A DNA stretch of 64,000 nt, taken from the NCBI RefSeq assembly GCF_009914755.1, contig NC_060925.1, one strand, 5' to 3'. Shown one piece after another: positions 38,896 to 53,099 of the stretch. The translations under genes and the position numbers were made by a program. The stretch comes from the human T2T-CHM13v2.0 reference genome, Homo sapiens. The stretch's first letter is position 1; the number at the start of each line of letters is the position of its first letter. The notes under the pieces were generated by a model. The model ran no database searches, was not told the DNA's origin, and worked only from the letters and a program-made list of their open reading frames with translations.

Positions 38896-40315
38896 CAGGC
38901 TAATCAGGAACAGAACAGCCAGGAGATCTGCTTGTTTCTATGGAAAACGAGATTTATACCCCATCAGAGAACTCCCTGAGGGCTGCCCACCTACAAGGAA
39001 AACTATTATGTAGCCTCACAAATGAGGCTGCTTTAGTTTTCTGGAAGGTAGTGTATTCTCTGCCCTTGAACCAAATTTCAAAACACCACCAGCAATCATG
39101 CTGAAAGGTCAAATGTTGAATCCTTATGATTCTCAACAAAGCTCTATGATAGAATCACCTGCTTTGAGAAAAAAAATGTCCATGCTCTGGCTTCATACAT
39201 TCTGAGGTGGGGTCTGGGCATTCACAAATGAGTCTTATGTGGGAGCTGGGTTGAGAACCAACCTGTCAGTGACAGACTGTGGCCCCTTGCAGCATCCTGC
39301 CCTGGTGAGTGAAGTGAGTTGTATTGTGACTTCTAGCTTATAGATGATGGACAAATTCTGTGCACCACAAAGTTTGATTGCATTGGGGATATTAAATTCC
39401 CATGCAGTGAGCAGTCTATCACAGGACAAATGAGAGTGTCAGAGCAGGCTTTTTAGGGCCTGTGTTATTATGTTGAATGATAAACTGCTTGCAAGTGATT
39501 AAACTGCCTCCATAGACCTAGGCCCTCACTTTTTTCTTTTCAGATGATGCCATCTATCTTTGTATTTCTTGTTTCCTACCAACACACGTGTCGAATTGCC
39601 GCAAAGCATCTCAGTGCTTGAGAAGTCTGTTGAAAGAGATGTTTCATGCTTAATTTTCTTAGTCATGCAGAACTGGATCAAATCTGTGTCATAAGAAATT
39701 GGGCAACTATAAATAATCGTGGGTTTACATATTTTATTTTCAGGTTTTATTTTAACTTTTATCACTAGGAAAAGTCAAGCAGAACCATAATTTTGAGAAG
39801 GAAGTGAAACAGGATGGGCATGAGATGCAGATGGTGCTATGATCTGTAGAGCTTTCTCTGTATATTTCACTTGTGTTTCAGTTGTTTCAGTGGAACAATG
39901 AGCAAAAACTGAAGGTCATTTGTTCCATAAAGGATTTCTTGAAAAGCTATTATTATTAACATAGTTGACATTAAAGTAATTTGACCTGAGTAATAGTTGT
40001 CTCAGAACAACTTTCATTTGGTTCATATATCAGCACTAAATTACTTTTGATGATTCTAGAAAGAGATAGTTAGAAAACATAAATTGTAGAGATTCTGATG
40101 AACTGAATTCCACAGTTGAATGAACATCTTGGGACGAAGGTCTGTTAGTTTTTCCAAATGTACTGATAAGGAAAGACAATAATTTTGTGATGGAGCTGTT
40201 ATTTTTAAAATTTTGACTGGAGATGACAAGAAATTCTCATCAGATGCTATGAACACTGCTCTTGGATACTTCCCTTCTTCTAGATACTTATTTTCTGATT
40301 ATCTCTTTGCTTTGC

Positions 40316-40670
40316 TTTTTTTTTTTTTTTTAGAAAATGGGTTATTTATCTTTTTATTATTGGGGTTGTAAGAATTTGTTTTTTTTCTGAGACAGGGGCT
40401 TGCTCTGCTGCCCAGGTTCAGTGCGGTAGCATGATCATAGCTCACTGCAGCCTCGAACTCCTGGGTTCAAGCAATCCTCCCACCTCAGCCTCACCAAGAA
40501 GCTGGTGCCCAAGCATGCACCACCACACCTGGCTAATTTTTGTATTTTTTTCTAGAGACAGGGTCTTGCTATGTTGTCCAGGTTGGTGTTGAACTCCTGG
40601 GCTCAAGAAATCCTCCCACCTTTGGCTTCCAAACTGCTGGGATTACAGGTGAGAGCCACTGCACCCAGCC
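40316..40670 (-). mobile_element. AluJ with a 47-bp 3' extension and second poly(A)
   Basis: Alu 40379-40670; extension 40332-40378; T16 at 40316-40331; TSD tttgctttgcttttt / tttgctctgcttttt. Confidence 0.85.
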
Positions 40671-42109
40671 TTTGCTCTGCTTTTTTGGTGACATAGGTTT
40701 GGTTTAGATGATTGCTTCTAGGAAAACTGTGTTAGCAACTCTGCAGTGTGTAGAGGTTCCTAAAGATGGAGAGGAGGCACAGGATTCTAGTTCTTGTCTT
40801 TCCAGCTAGCAGCGAACTGGGGTTTAGAACCAAATAAAATCAGAATTCCCACTGTGTGAGGAGAGGTACTCAGGATAAAACTGGCTTCAGACTCTGGGCA
40901 AGGCAGGGACTGGTCTATGTCAGCTGGAGGCATCTTTCCCAGACACTGGAGAGTGCATGTGTGGAGTTTCCACACTAGGCACAGTGTCTAGCTACCAGGA
41001 ACAGAGGCTGGCACTGTTCTGCACCTATACCAGAAACTCAACAGAGGAGGCTTACTTTTATTCATATTGTTTTACTAACCATCCCCCACCCCATAGGAGG
41101 AAGGGGAAAAAATAACTTGTGAATAAAGTGGAAGAAAATTAAGATATAAAAAAGATTTGCTTGCCTTTTTTGTTTTTAAGGGTTTGTGAAGAGGCAAAAA
41201 AGGCTGAATCCCATTCTGTTCTTCAGGAATTATTCCTGAAGTATTTTGTTCTTTGTCTTAGATCAAGTCTGAAGATGTGAGATGTACTGCTACACATTGT
41301 TGTTATCTATTCTGTAGTGGAAATACACATTCCAGAACTGGATGTGGCATGGTGTAATTTTCCTGTCTAATTAGCCCTAGCACTCTTAAGTTAAAGGCTC
41401 ACACTGCATGTCCGTTGGCATGACATCAGTCCACCACTGACTCTGACTGTCAGCAGGAATCTAAATATTTGGGCCAATGCATTTTGTCTAGAGCTTATAT
41501 TTGTAGTTCAAAGAGAACTTCTTTGTAATGAAAAAAAAAGCATTTTTGTTATTATGTTTCCTCTTCTTTGGAATTAGCAACTATCCCAATTAAGCCTCTC
41601 TAACTTCTCCTACTTCCCCAATAGGCATACCTCTTGAACTGCTTTAGTTACCAACAAAAATGGGAATGATAGGTCTTTGTAATTAGCTTTTTAGAGATAG
41701 AAAAATCACAGCTATTAACCCCAGACTGTGTCTAATGTGGAGTCTCAACTTAATAAATTAGCTAGAAGTATGCTGCCTTTCTCTGTAGTGAAGCCTTATG
41801 GCAGCCCTGGCTTATGGCTGCTGGTTACTGATGAACCAAAAAGATTGTTGTGAGGCTATTTCTATTGTCCTACGCTCATCATCTTAGGTGTGGAAGAGTC
41901 ATTAAAAAATTAAAGTTATCAAAGAATTATTAAAGATCACTGTTTCGTCCCTTCCCTGCCCCAGTGCTGGTACTCTCTTTACAACATCTCCCCCACGTGG
42001 TAGCCTTGATCCTGATAGAACTCACCTCATGAGCCTGAGGCAAAAATAGTCTCCAGCTTCCAGCAGACAGTTACAATTTGGAGTTATCCATCAAAATAGT
42101 CTACTTAAA

Positions 42110-42650
42110 ACTGTAGAGAGCTATAGCTTAGAAGGAGACATAAATGTATAAATAGATAAATTGATATAAAATGTTGTGAGTGCTTTGATATAGGCACAAA
42201 TAACTTGTTAAGAAACAACTAACTGCCTGGGAAAGTCTTGGAAAGATACCCTGAGGAGACATTGGAATCTGTCTTGAAGAATAAGTAGAAGTGAGTGTGT
42301 GTATGGGTGGGGGTGAGGGGGACTGGGAGTGAGTAAGAATATTTCCACAGAAAGAATAGCCGGTACAAAGATATGAAATCTGGAAAAGGCTGCGTTAAGC
42401 CAGGGCAAGAAGTTGAGAATGGCTGGATGGAAGGGCTTATGAAGTGGATTCTCTTTTCAGAAAGAGATGGCTTGAGCCTGGCTATTTGGGGGTTTGCTTG
42501 TCCAACCAAGAAGTTTAGATTTTATCTTACAGAAAAAGAGAAGACATCAAGAGGTTTGAAGCATGGGAGTGACTTGATTTGATTTCCAGTTTAGAAAGAT
42601 AACACTAGTGGCAGTTTTGAATACTTATTTGATGGAGAAGGGAGTGAATC
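42110..42650 (-). mobile_element. L2 fragment
   Basis: aagaagtttagattttatc...gaagcatgggagtgacttgatttgattt...agaaagataacact. Confidence 0.65.
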
Positions 42651-43088
42651 AGGGATACAGGCTGGGTGTAAAGCACTCTGCCCTCCCAGCAGCCCAGGTG
42701 GCCTGTTTTTGGTTCAGAAAATAAAGTTACTGTTTATAGAGACAGACTTAACTGGTTGTGATAGATCATTGCAAAATGTTATGCCTGATGTATGAATATT
42801 TGCAAAGTAAAATGGAAAATTGTGGCAATTGCTTGGATTATGCAGGGAAACAAAAATTGACTTGAAATACTAACATAAGGAATTTTAAGATGGAAAAAGC
42901 ATAGATCAACGAGCAAAAGCTTTCTTTTTTTTTCCCCCATGAAATGATCAACTGTAATTTGGCTGGACGTAGTCTTAAGCATATACTCTTATAATCTCAT
43001 GATTTCAATAGTATGTTTTTCTGTGACATCCTTATGGATCACAAAGTCACAATGGCATAGTATAAAATGGAATCACATTAAAAAATTA

Positions 43089-43400
<312 letters not shown>

Positions 43401-44594
43401 TTAAAAAAGAAGGCAAAATAAGATTAGTAGAGGAACCAGTGCACATTTGCATATACTTAAAAACTTGTGTACTTTTTAGCTGGCTTGTCGGGATTACAAC
43501 TCTCAAGCTAGCATAGCTGATGAGCTTTTGATCCCTTTCCTCCTATGGGGTGGGGGATGGTTAGTAAAACAATATGAATAAAAGGAAATGCAGTGGTGCT
43601 CAGAAGGAGAAGAGTTTGAGCCGTCTAATTGTTCCCCACATTCCATTTTGCCTTATAGACTTTGCATCGTCTGCCCTTTTTGGCTTGCTGGCTATTCAGT
43701 TCCCATTTTCTGCATGTCACAAACAAATGCTCCCAGGATAAAGTCAGAAACAGAACTTGAGTCTATTTCAAAAAAAGATGAGGGAGGAATATGCCTGGAT
43801 TAAAGCCATGAAACAAATCCCCAAATATCCTTGCTAATTTAACATGAAAATAAGCTTTTAATAGTTTATCTTTATTCATGTTACATGTTTATTTAGTAGC
43901 ATCTCAGTATTGAGAAAAGTAGATTTTGCAGCCAACTGACAGAAGAGTTTGGTCTGGATACTGGTTGTCCTCCCTGCAGGGATGGTTGGCTCTTGCGCTT
44001 GGAATGTCCCGGGGCTTCCCAGTATAGAAATGTGTGCTGGTCAGAACTGATCTCTGGCATGATTGTCAATGGCATCCATGAATTGGCCCACACCAGCACA
44101 TTTTCCTGCGACTTCTCAGCTTCTGGTCTGTAGCTGCTTTCCGTCATTTTGTATTTGCTGCATACTCCATCAACCTAATAAAGCAGCTGTTTATTATGCG
44201 TGACCTGCTCTATAGTGTGACTGATGGATAACTGCAGCATTTAAAGTCTTGTGTTAGATTCTCAGCCTGCTGCCAGCTCTCCATTATATTCCATAAAAAT
44301 GTTTCTTGTTATGGACTATCAGAAGCAAAAGTAAGTTATTTTAGGGTCAGAGCCAATTTGAACCCTCTAAAGTACTGCCAGATTAGAAGGTGGGAGAAAA
44401 TAAGAAGCAGTCTGGAAGAAGCTGCAATTAAGGGCATCAAACATATGCACAAAGCATACCTTTTTCATAGTCCTGCATATACAGACACAGAGTATTTTAT
44501 GTGGAGCATGTGATCCAATATGAGCTGGTATAGTCATATCTGTGAGGTTGGAAGGCTGGTTAAAAGAAAGGCAAGGACAGACAACTCTATTTAT

Positions 44595-44830
44595 TATTTA
44601 TTATTCACTCTGGTCCAGTGCTTTGCTGTGTTCTACTGCACATTATATGTCATTGATTTTCTAATAATCCCAAGGAGTTTTTTTTTTCTCCCATTTTATT
44701 GGTAACGTCTGAGGAAACAAGCTCTGAAAAATTGTGTCAATTTCTTGGCTTCTCACAGATAGTACAGGGTGTGCTGGGATGAAAGCCCAGGTTGGTTTGG
44801 TGACAATGCCTGAGTCGTTTCCACTACCCT
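44595..44830 (-). mobile_element. MIR
   Basis: cccatttta...tgaggaaac...cacagatagt...gctgggatgaaagcccagg. Confidence 0.65.
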
Positions 44831-45081
44831 CTCCATGCTCTCAGTTAAATGACTTCTCAGGGTGAAAGCTCCTTAAGCCAGTCCTGGGGATTCACATAGA
44901 GGACTTGACTGGCCTCCAAAAATTTGCTTCTTAAGGTTTCAGGGATTCAATAGCTAGAGATTCATCCTAACAACACAAAAGTTGATTTCCTTGTAGTTTA
45001 TTTTCATAAATATATTATGTATACTAAGTTTATATTAGCAAATAATGTGATAATTTTAAAAACATGTTTATACAAACATAG

Positions 45082-45591
<510 letters not shown>

Positions 45592-45611
45592 TCTTTCTTT
45601 TTTTTTCTTTT

Positions 45612-46070
45612 TTACATGTACTGGTTTATTATAAAGGATATTGCGAAGGATACAGAAGAAGGAGTGACATGTAGCGTGAGGTATGGGGGAAGGGGCAGGG
45701 AGTTTTCACGTCCTCCCTGGATGTGCCGCCCTTCAGGGACCTCCACACGTTCAGAGTTCAGCTTGGTAGCTCGCTGACTCTGCCCTCTTGGGTTTTTATG
45801 GAAGCTCCATGATGTCAGCATTCCTCCCCCTAGGGTACAGGGTGGGATTCTCTCCTGGGAGGGTCTTAAGACCCACAATCAGAAAGATGGGGGAACATTA
45901 GAGTCCTGCCTTGGAGCAGGTGAAAGGAGAGCAGAAGAAAGATTCTATTTCCTGAGGCCTGCGCCTGAGGCCTAACACCCCCAACATTGTGACAGAAGAC
46001 TGTGACAAGGGCTCTGGGAGTTATGAACAAGGAACCATGGATGAAAACCAATATATATCATAACACCACA
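45612..46070 (-). mobile_element. MER21(A/B) 3' LTR (distal part missing)
   Basis: Minus strand starts TGTGGTGTTATGATATAT; homologous to 55825-55901 and 56635-56712. Confidence 0.8.
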
Positions 46071-46336
46071 GGCCAGACCCTGGTTTTCAACCATGGATCC
46101 TTTACATCAAAAATATATATATACACAATCATTAATAATTAGTCCAGTTAATCAGATTGTGTGAGTATCTCCCAGGATGAGATCAACCAGGTTTGCAGGT
46201 TTCCTGTCAGTCTTGTCAGGTCCCAAAAGCAGGAGTGGCCTCGGTAAATATTCAACCTCACCCTTTCAGGCATCTGGGATGACTGACCTAAGAGACAATA
46301 TCATCTCTTACTCTGAGACTCCTTTGAGTTGTTAAC

Positions 46337-47245
46337 TGTAAGCCAAAAAGTACCTGAGACAGGTCTCGATCAATTTAGAAGTTTATTTTGCCAAGCTTAA
46401 GGACACATGCCCAGTAGACAAGTCTGTGCCTTTCTCCAAAGATGATTTTGAGGGCTTCAATATTTAAAGGGGAAAGTGTGGCTATTGGGGAAAGAGAAAG
46501 AAATTTTTGAAAGATGTGAGTAGACACAAGTGGGAGTTGAACAATGAGAACACATGGACACAGGGAGGGCAACAACACAGAGGGTAGGGGGCAGGGGGAT
46601 GGAGAGCATTAGAACAAATACCCAATGCATGCGGGGCTTAAAACCTAGATAATGGGTTGATAGGTACAGCAGACCACCATGGCACATGTATACCTATGTA
46701 ACAAACCTGCACATTCTGCACAGGTATCCTGGAACTTAAAGTGAAAAAATTAAAAAAAAAAGAGATGTGAGTAGATAAGAGGCAAATGGTTGCATTCTTT
46801 TGAGTCTTTGAGTAGCTGTTCACATGTGAAAGAAGAGTAGAAGAATAGTTGCTTATGCATTCATCTAGCTCAGTGAATCTGAATTTTTACATAAGATACA
46901 ATAAGCATAGGGCAGAGGAAGCAATCAGATATGCACTTGGCTCAGGTGAGCAGAGGGATGACTTTGAATTGTGTTCTTTGTCCTGTACCTGTAAGGATAA
47001 GCTATCAAGTTACATCGTTAGGGTGAAATTCAACAGAACTGTTTTAGGGTAAAGATCTTGAGGCCCACAAGGAGTTTTCTAGTGGGCAAATTGTGAGGGA
47101 GCTATGTTTTTTTTTTTTTTTTTTAATCTTTGTAGCTGTCTTATTTAGGAATAAAATGGAAGGCAGGTTTGCCTGATACAGTGTCTGGATTGACTTTTCC
47201 CTTTGGCTTAGTGACTTTGAGGTCCTGAATTATTTTCCTTTCACA
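46337..47245 (-). mobile_element. MER4-family LTR (ERV1)
   Basis: Minus strand starts TGTGAAAGGAAAATAA; ends ttggcttaca; 4-bp TSD-like taac/aaac. Confidence 0.82.
46527..46760 (+). mobile_element. L1PA7/8-like 3' fragment in MER4
   Basis: gcatgcggggcttaaaacctagat; TSD aaagatgtgagtagaca / agagatgtgagtagata. Confidence 0.88.
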
Positions 47246-47385
47246 AAACGTAACATTGAATTTTTTCGATTAATAACCTATATATTCATTTTCCTACTCT
47301 CAGCTACTGTTTCCCCTTCTCTCCATTAATACCCAAACCTTTTCACCTTTGGGAAAGACATTAGAAATGCCACTGTGCTGGTCTA

Positions 47386-47612
47386 GATTGCAGGTAGCAA
47401 TACAAGTCTAGCAAGTAGTTCCTCCTCAGTCTATTCCCATTCTGATAGGGTAAGGTTACATAACAGCAGAACTAGTGAGCTATTTTTACCACCAGGCAAT
47501 ACCGATGCATTCACTGTTAGCCCCAGTTTTGCTACATGGGGTGAAGGCACAACCCACTCCCATCATGGCCTTAAGGATTTTGACATAAGATTTAAAATCA
47601 CAGTTACAGTTT
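47386..47612 (-). pseudogene. ERVL dUTPase-like remnant
   Basis: Manual translation VVPSPHVAKLGLTVNASVLPGGKNSSLVLLLCN...ELLARLVLLP, located 3' of integrase as in class III ERVs. Confidence 0.55.
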
Positions 47613-47717
47613 TTTTGTTTAGAAATAATCTCTGCTGTTTCAGCATGTGTAATTATAGCCGTAGTCTTCGGACTAGTGTATCAGGTAGAGGAGCAAAAAT
47701 GAATAATTTTTAAAAAG

Positions 47718-47862
47718 TTATTATTATTAATATTATTATTTTATAGAGATGAGGTCTCACTATATTACCCAGGCTGGTCTTAAACTCTGGTGCTCAAGTG
47801 CTCCTCCTGCCTCAGCTCTCCAAAGTGCTGAGATTACAGGCGTGAACCACCCATGCCCAGCC
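47718..47862 (-). mobile_element. FLAM / Alu left monomer
   Basis: Single left arm with (TTA)n tail. Confidence 0.85.
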
Positions 47863-48169
47863 TAAATTTTTTTTTTGAGGTGATCTGGGGAAGAAAGAAA
47901 AAATTATAGTAATTATACTAGTGCGATTCTCTCTCAGCAAGAATTGCATAGTCATACCAGCATCTTCTCCACCCCTTCTTCTCCAGTCAACCAGAAAAAA
48001 TGAGAAAAAATCTAGCAGAGACAGTCTAGTCCCACTCATGTTGAGTGTGAGCACACATTCCTGAAGGCATGTAAGCTTGCCCTTCATGCTTTTATCTTCC
48101 CCCTGTTTTAGAATACCAATGTTTCAGTTGCCCATTCTACTTCTCTATCAAACTATTATTCGAAGGAAG

Positions 48170-48420
48170 ATATCTCTCTGCCTATTGTTGGACATTATGG
48201 GCTGTACAGTGTGTTCCTTGGTCTGAAGAAATAGTGGTTGACCATCCACATCCAGGCAACATCTTCTGTTTTTTTGTTTTGTTTTTATGGCACTCTGAGC
48301 ATTTTCATTTCCACTGGATAAGCAAAACCCACTCTGCAATCGTGTCTATTCTTGTCAAGACACATTTGTAGCTCCCCAGGGCTACCAGCATCAGTTTTAC
48401 TTGTCAGCTATGTTCTGGGT
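48170..48420 (-). pseudogene. retroviral integrase core remnant
   Basis: Manual translation YKCVLTRIDT...GFAYPV...TISSDQGTHCTAHNVQQ. Confidence 0.7.
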
Positions 48421-49001
48421 CTTCCCACCAGAGCATTTTCCCCATAGCCGTCAGCAGTCCCTGTCTCCCTTGATGAGAAACAGAACAGTTCTTCTGTCAC
48501 AGTAGATAGTCAGATGTGAGCAGGGCAGGAGAGCCCTCCCCCCTACCTCCCACCCACACAAGAAATGCCAAGCAACCATCAGGTGATGGTCAGGCAGTTG
48601 TTAAACTGTCTCTCTAAAATAAGAATTGGTCACAGCCAGTGCCAGGGAAAGGCAATCTCCCAATAGAAAACACCAGAAGCTGGTGATAAGCAGCTTCTTG
48701 ATAAGCTCTCAGGAGTTGGGCAAGCAGGTCCAAGTGTCCTCACTAAGAGGTAAAATAATGGAGTTTAACTGGTATATGACCTTCCTCTAGGAACAGTCAA
48801 CCAGTAAGGGAAAAGAGCCTGAAATGAGCATGTGCACAACTTAAGTAAACACATTGCACATGTAGTCTCTCCCAAGTGCTGGCAGGCCTCTGTGCATGTG
48901 GACAACCACCCCAAGGGAAAAATCAAGGGAGGAGAGGTGGAAACCCCAGAACCATGCCAATGTATAAAACCCCACATCAAGAGCCAAACAGGGCACTTTG
49001 A

Positions 49002-49329
<328 letters not shown>

Positions 49330-49369
49330 ACTTTACTTTCTTTCAATCTTGCTGTCAAATTTTGTAAAA

Positions 49370-50512
49370 AAAATTATGTTCAATAGTTTTTGGTGAACAG
49401 GTGGTGTTGGTTACATGGATAAGTTCTTTAGGTGTGATTTCTGAGATTTTGGTGCACCCATTACCTGAGCAGTGTACCCAGCACTCAGTGTGTAGTTTTT
49501 TATTTCTCACCCCACTCCCATCCTTCCCCTGCCCCCTGCCAAGTCCCCAAAGTCCACTGTGTCATTCTTATGCCTTTGCATCCTCATAGCTTACCTCCCA
49601 CTTATAAGTGAGAACATACAATGTTTGGTTTTCCATTCCTGAGTTACTTCACTTGGAATAATGGTCTCCAGCTCCATCCAAGTTGCTGCAAATGCCATTA
49701 TTTTGTTCATTTTTATGGCTGAGTAGTATTCCATGGCATATATATACCATGTTTTATTCTTTCTTTTCTTTTCTTTTTTTGACAGGGTCTCACTCTGTCA
49801 CCCAGGCTGGAGTGCAGTGGCGTGATCTTGGTTCGCTGCAGCCTCCACCTCCAAGGTTCAAGCTATTCCCATGCCTCAGCCTCCTGAGTAGCTGACATTA
49901 CAAGAATGTGATATACCATATTTTCTTTATCTATTTGTTGATTGATGGGCATTTTGGTTGGTTCCATGTTTTTGTGATTGAGAATTGTGCTGCTTCAAAC
50001 ATGCTTGTGCATGTGTCTTTTTCATATAATGACCTCTTTTTCCCTTTGGGTAGATACTCAGTGGTGGAATTGCTGGATCAAATACTTTTAGTTCTTTAAG
50101 GAATCTCCATAGAGTTTTCCATGGTGGTTATAGTAGTTTACATTCCCACCAACAATGTAAACATATCCCCTTTTCACCACATCCATGCCAACATGTGTTA
50201 TTTTTTGATTTTTTGATTATGGCCATTCTTGCAGGAGTAAGGCAGTATCACATTGTGGTTTTGATTTGCATTTCCCTGATCATTAGTGATGTCGAGCATT
50301 TTTTCATATTTTTGTTGGCCATTTGTATATCTTATTTTGAGAATTATCTATTATTTCCTTAGCCTACTTTTTAATGGAATTTTTTTTTCTTGCTGATTTG
50401 TTTGAGTTTCTTTGTAGATTCTGGATATTAGTCCTTTGTCAGATGCATGGTTTGCAAGGATTTTCTCTCACTCTGTGGGATATCTGTTTACTCTGCTCAT
50501 GATTTCTTTCTG
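49370..50512 (-). mobile_element. L1PB (PB2/3-like) 3' fragment
   Basis: gaacaggtggtgttggttacatggataagttcttta...gagattttggtgcaccc. Confidence 0.88.
49756..49910 (-). mobile_element. 5'-truncated Alu (right arm)
   Basis: TSD atataccatgtttt / atataccatatttt. Confidence 0.88.
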
Positions 50513-50924
50513 CTTCTGCTCTAAAACTTTTTGATAAACTCTCGCTCCTGCTCTAAAACTTGCCTCCGCTTCTCACTCTGCTTTATACCCCTCAGCTGAA
50601 TTCTTTCCTCTGAGGAGGCAAGAATCAATTTGCTGCTGCTAAAACTTCCCGGCATGTTGTGCCTGAGAGGATGCAAAAGGAGCACGTCTGGATTCAGCCC
50701 ATCTCTGCCCTGCTGCAATATCCCCATATCCACTCATTTTGTGGGCCCAGGTGGCCACCTTCAGGGAGCACATGGAGAATTCTGCTTGTTGATTCTAGTC
50801 ACTATCTAAACCGGGAAAGGATTTCTTCTGATGGGTACAGACTTACTCTAATACACTCCTCAAATTCCCATTGGGCCATGCTCCATTATGGGCATCCCCT
50901 TAATAGACCAAGTTTTGCACTCTT

Positions 50925-51150
50925 GTGTGAGTGTATGACCAGGCTATTGGTCACTGCCCGTGAGACAGTAAAAACCCAAATATAGAGGGTCCTGCCATTT
51001 TTCAATGCTTCCATCACTGTTAGAAAAACGGCATGCAATTCAGCCCATCGAGCACGTCTATTTTTACCTTATTTGATCAAAATAACAGCATTCCAAACAG
51101 GCTGGTATTCATTTACCTTGGAATTGCTATCCATGAACCAAGCAGCTCTT
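50925..51150 (-). pseudogene. retroviral RNase H remnant
   Basis: Manual translation AAWFMDSNS...ARWAELHAVF...YIWVFTVSRAVTNSL matches the WFTDGS / AQWAEL / YTDSWAVANGL pattern. Confidence 0.7.
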
Positions 51151-51895
51151 GGTTGATCAGTAGAGAGCTGTTTATCCAGTACTGAGTTTATCAGGCACTA
51201 GCAGTTTCTTACACAGTTCCAGAGTCAGTCCTAGGAAAAAAGAAACTTCCTGCTCAAGAGTAGCTCCTGTTTGCATTCTCCATGTAGCATGATCTTCTAT
51301 AAATCATTTCCATTTTATTATGGAACCCTTCTGGGCACTGTCATTCACATTAGAATGTTCCTCTGACATCATTTGGGACAGCACGGGTATTTTAGATGGC
51401 ATAGAGGTAGCTTTAGCTAATGTTTCATAGGAAGGCAGTAAATGCCCCTCAAGAGGAAATCCTCTAGTCCAAATCCCAGTAGTTGTTGCTATGAGGTGTT
51501 CACAGGCTTTTGCCATAAGCCTCAGGAAATACTTGAGGGTTATCAAATTATGTATTTGTCCCTATCAGCACTCTAGCTTCTACTCTGCACTGTGTTGGCT
51601 TGGGTAATCTGGTTCTCATTTAGCATATCCAATTAGTATTGCTGGAAGGGTGAATTTACATGCCTTCTGTTTTATAGTACCAGGTAAGGGAAACATTCCC
51701 CAATCAGATACAATGTTCATTCCCATGATAAAATCAGGTAAAAGAGATGCAACCACTTCACATGAGGATGCTCAAATATACCAACTTTCACAATTCTATC
51801 AAGCCATGGATTTTATATTCTAGCCTCAGAAACTTCTCTTCCCCATCCCCAGATCGTTTTACCCTTTCTTGTGCAAAAGGCTTTGGGTCCCCAGC

Positions 51896-52260
51896 TGCAC
51901 TCATTCATTCTCATACTACTATAAAGAAATACCCAAGACTGGATAATTTATAAAGAAAGGAGGTTTAATTGACTCACAGTTCCACATGGCCACACAGGAA
52001 ATTTTCAATCATGGTGGAAGGCGAAGGAGAAGCAGGCACCTTCTTCATAAGGCGGCAGGAGAAAGAGAGCTTGTGAAGGAGGACCTGTCAAACACTTAAA
52101 AAACCATCAGATCTCATGAGAACTCACTCACTATCATGAGAACAGCATGGGGAAAACTGCCCCCATGATCCAATCACCTCTCTCTCTCAACAATGGGGAT
52201 TACAGTTCCCTCCCTCAATATGATGAGATTTGAGTGGTGACACAGAGCCAAACCATATCA
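51896..52260 (-). mobile_element. THE1D-like MaLR solo LTR
   Basis: ctataaagaaatacccaagactgg...gacacagagccaaaccatatca; TSD CCAGC, with 8-bp terminal duplication at 52261-52268. Confidence 0.85.
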
Positions 52261-52533
52261 CCATATCACCAGCCAAGAGTTGAGCCAAAGAACCCTGGGC
52301 CTTTTGAGGTCAGATTTTTTCATTGCAATTTTTTCATTGCAATCTGTGCATTCCAGCTTTTAAAACTTCTCTAAACTGGGAGAAACAGCAAACTCATTTG
52401 GGGCCCTTTAATGTTGAGGGACCAGAAACACCTCCCTTTGGTCTATTCAGCCTTCTATAGTGTTGTATTAAGACCTTTGTTCTAACACCAACAATTTTCA
52501 TTTTATTCATTTCATTTCTTAATAGTCATCTAA

Positions 52534-52900
<367 letters not shown>

Positions 52901-53099
52901 TCATCTTATTTTTTAATAATCATTTAAACATGTTCACCTTCCTGCAATGAGGTCTTTGACTCTCTCTTTTGCCTTTTTCTATTCTTTTGTTAATTAACCT
53001 AACGTTTTTCTTAGCATCTGTAAGACCTATGAGGGGAAGCTGAGGCAGCAAATGTGATAAGGCTTCTTGAACTGTTCCAGTATGAAAGTGTAAAGTCAC

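Noticed and set aside
39523-39700. Strong plus-strand acceptor (ccctcac-T-rich-cag at 39543)
   Set aside because: No convincing donor or ORF downstream; cannot be supported without RNA data.
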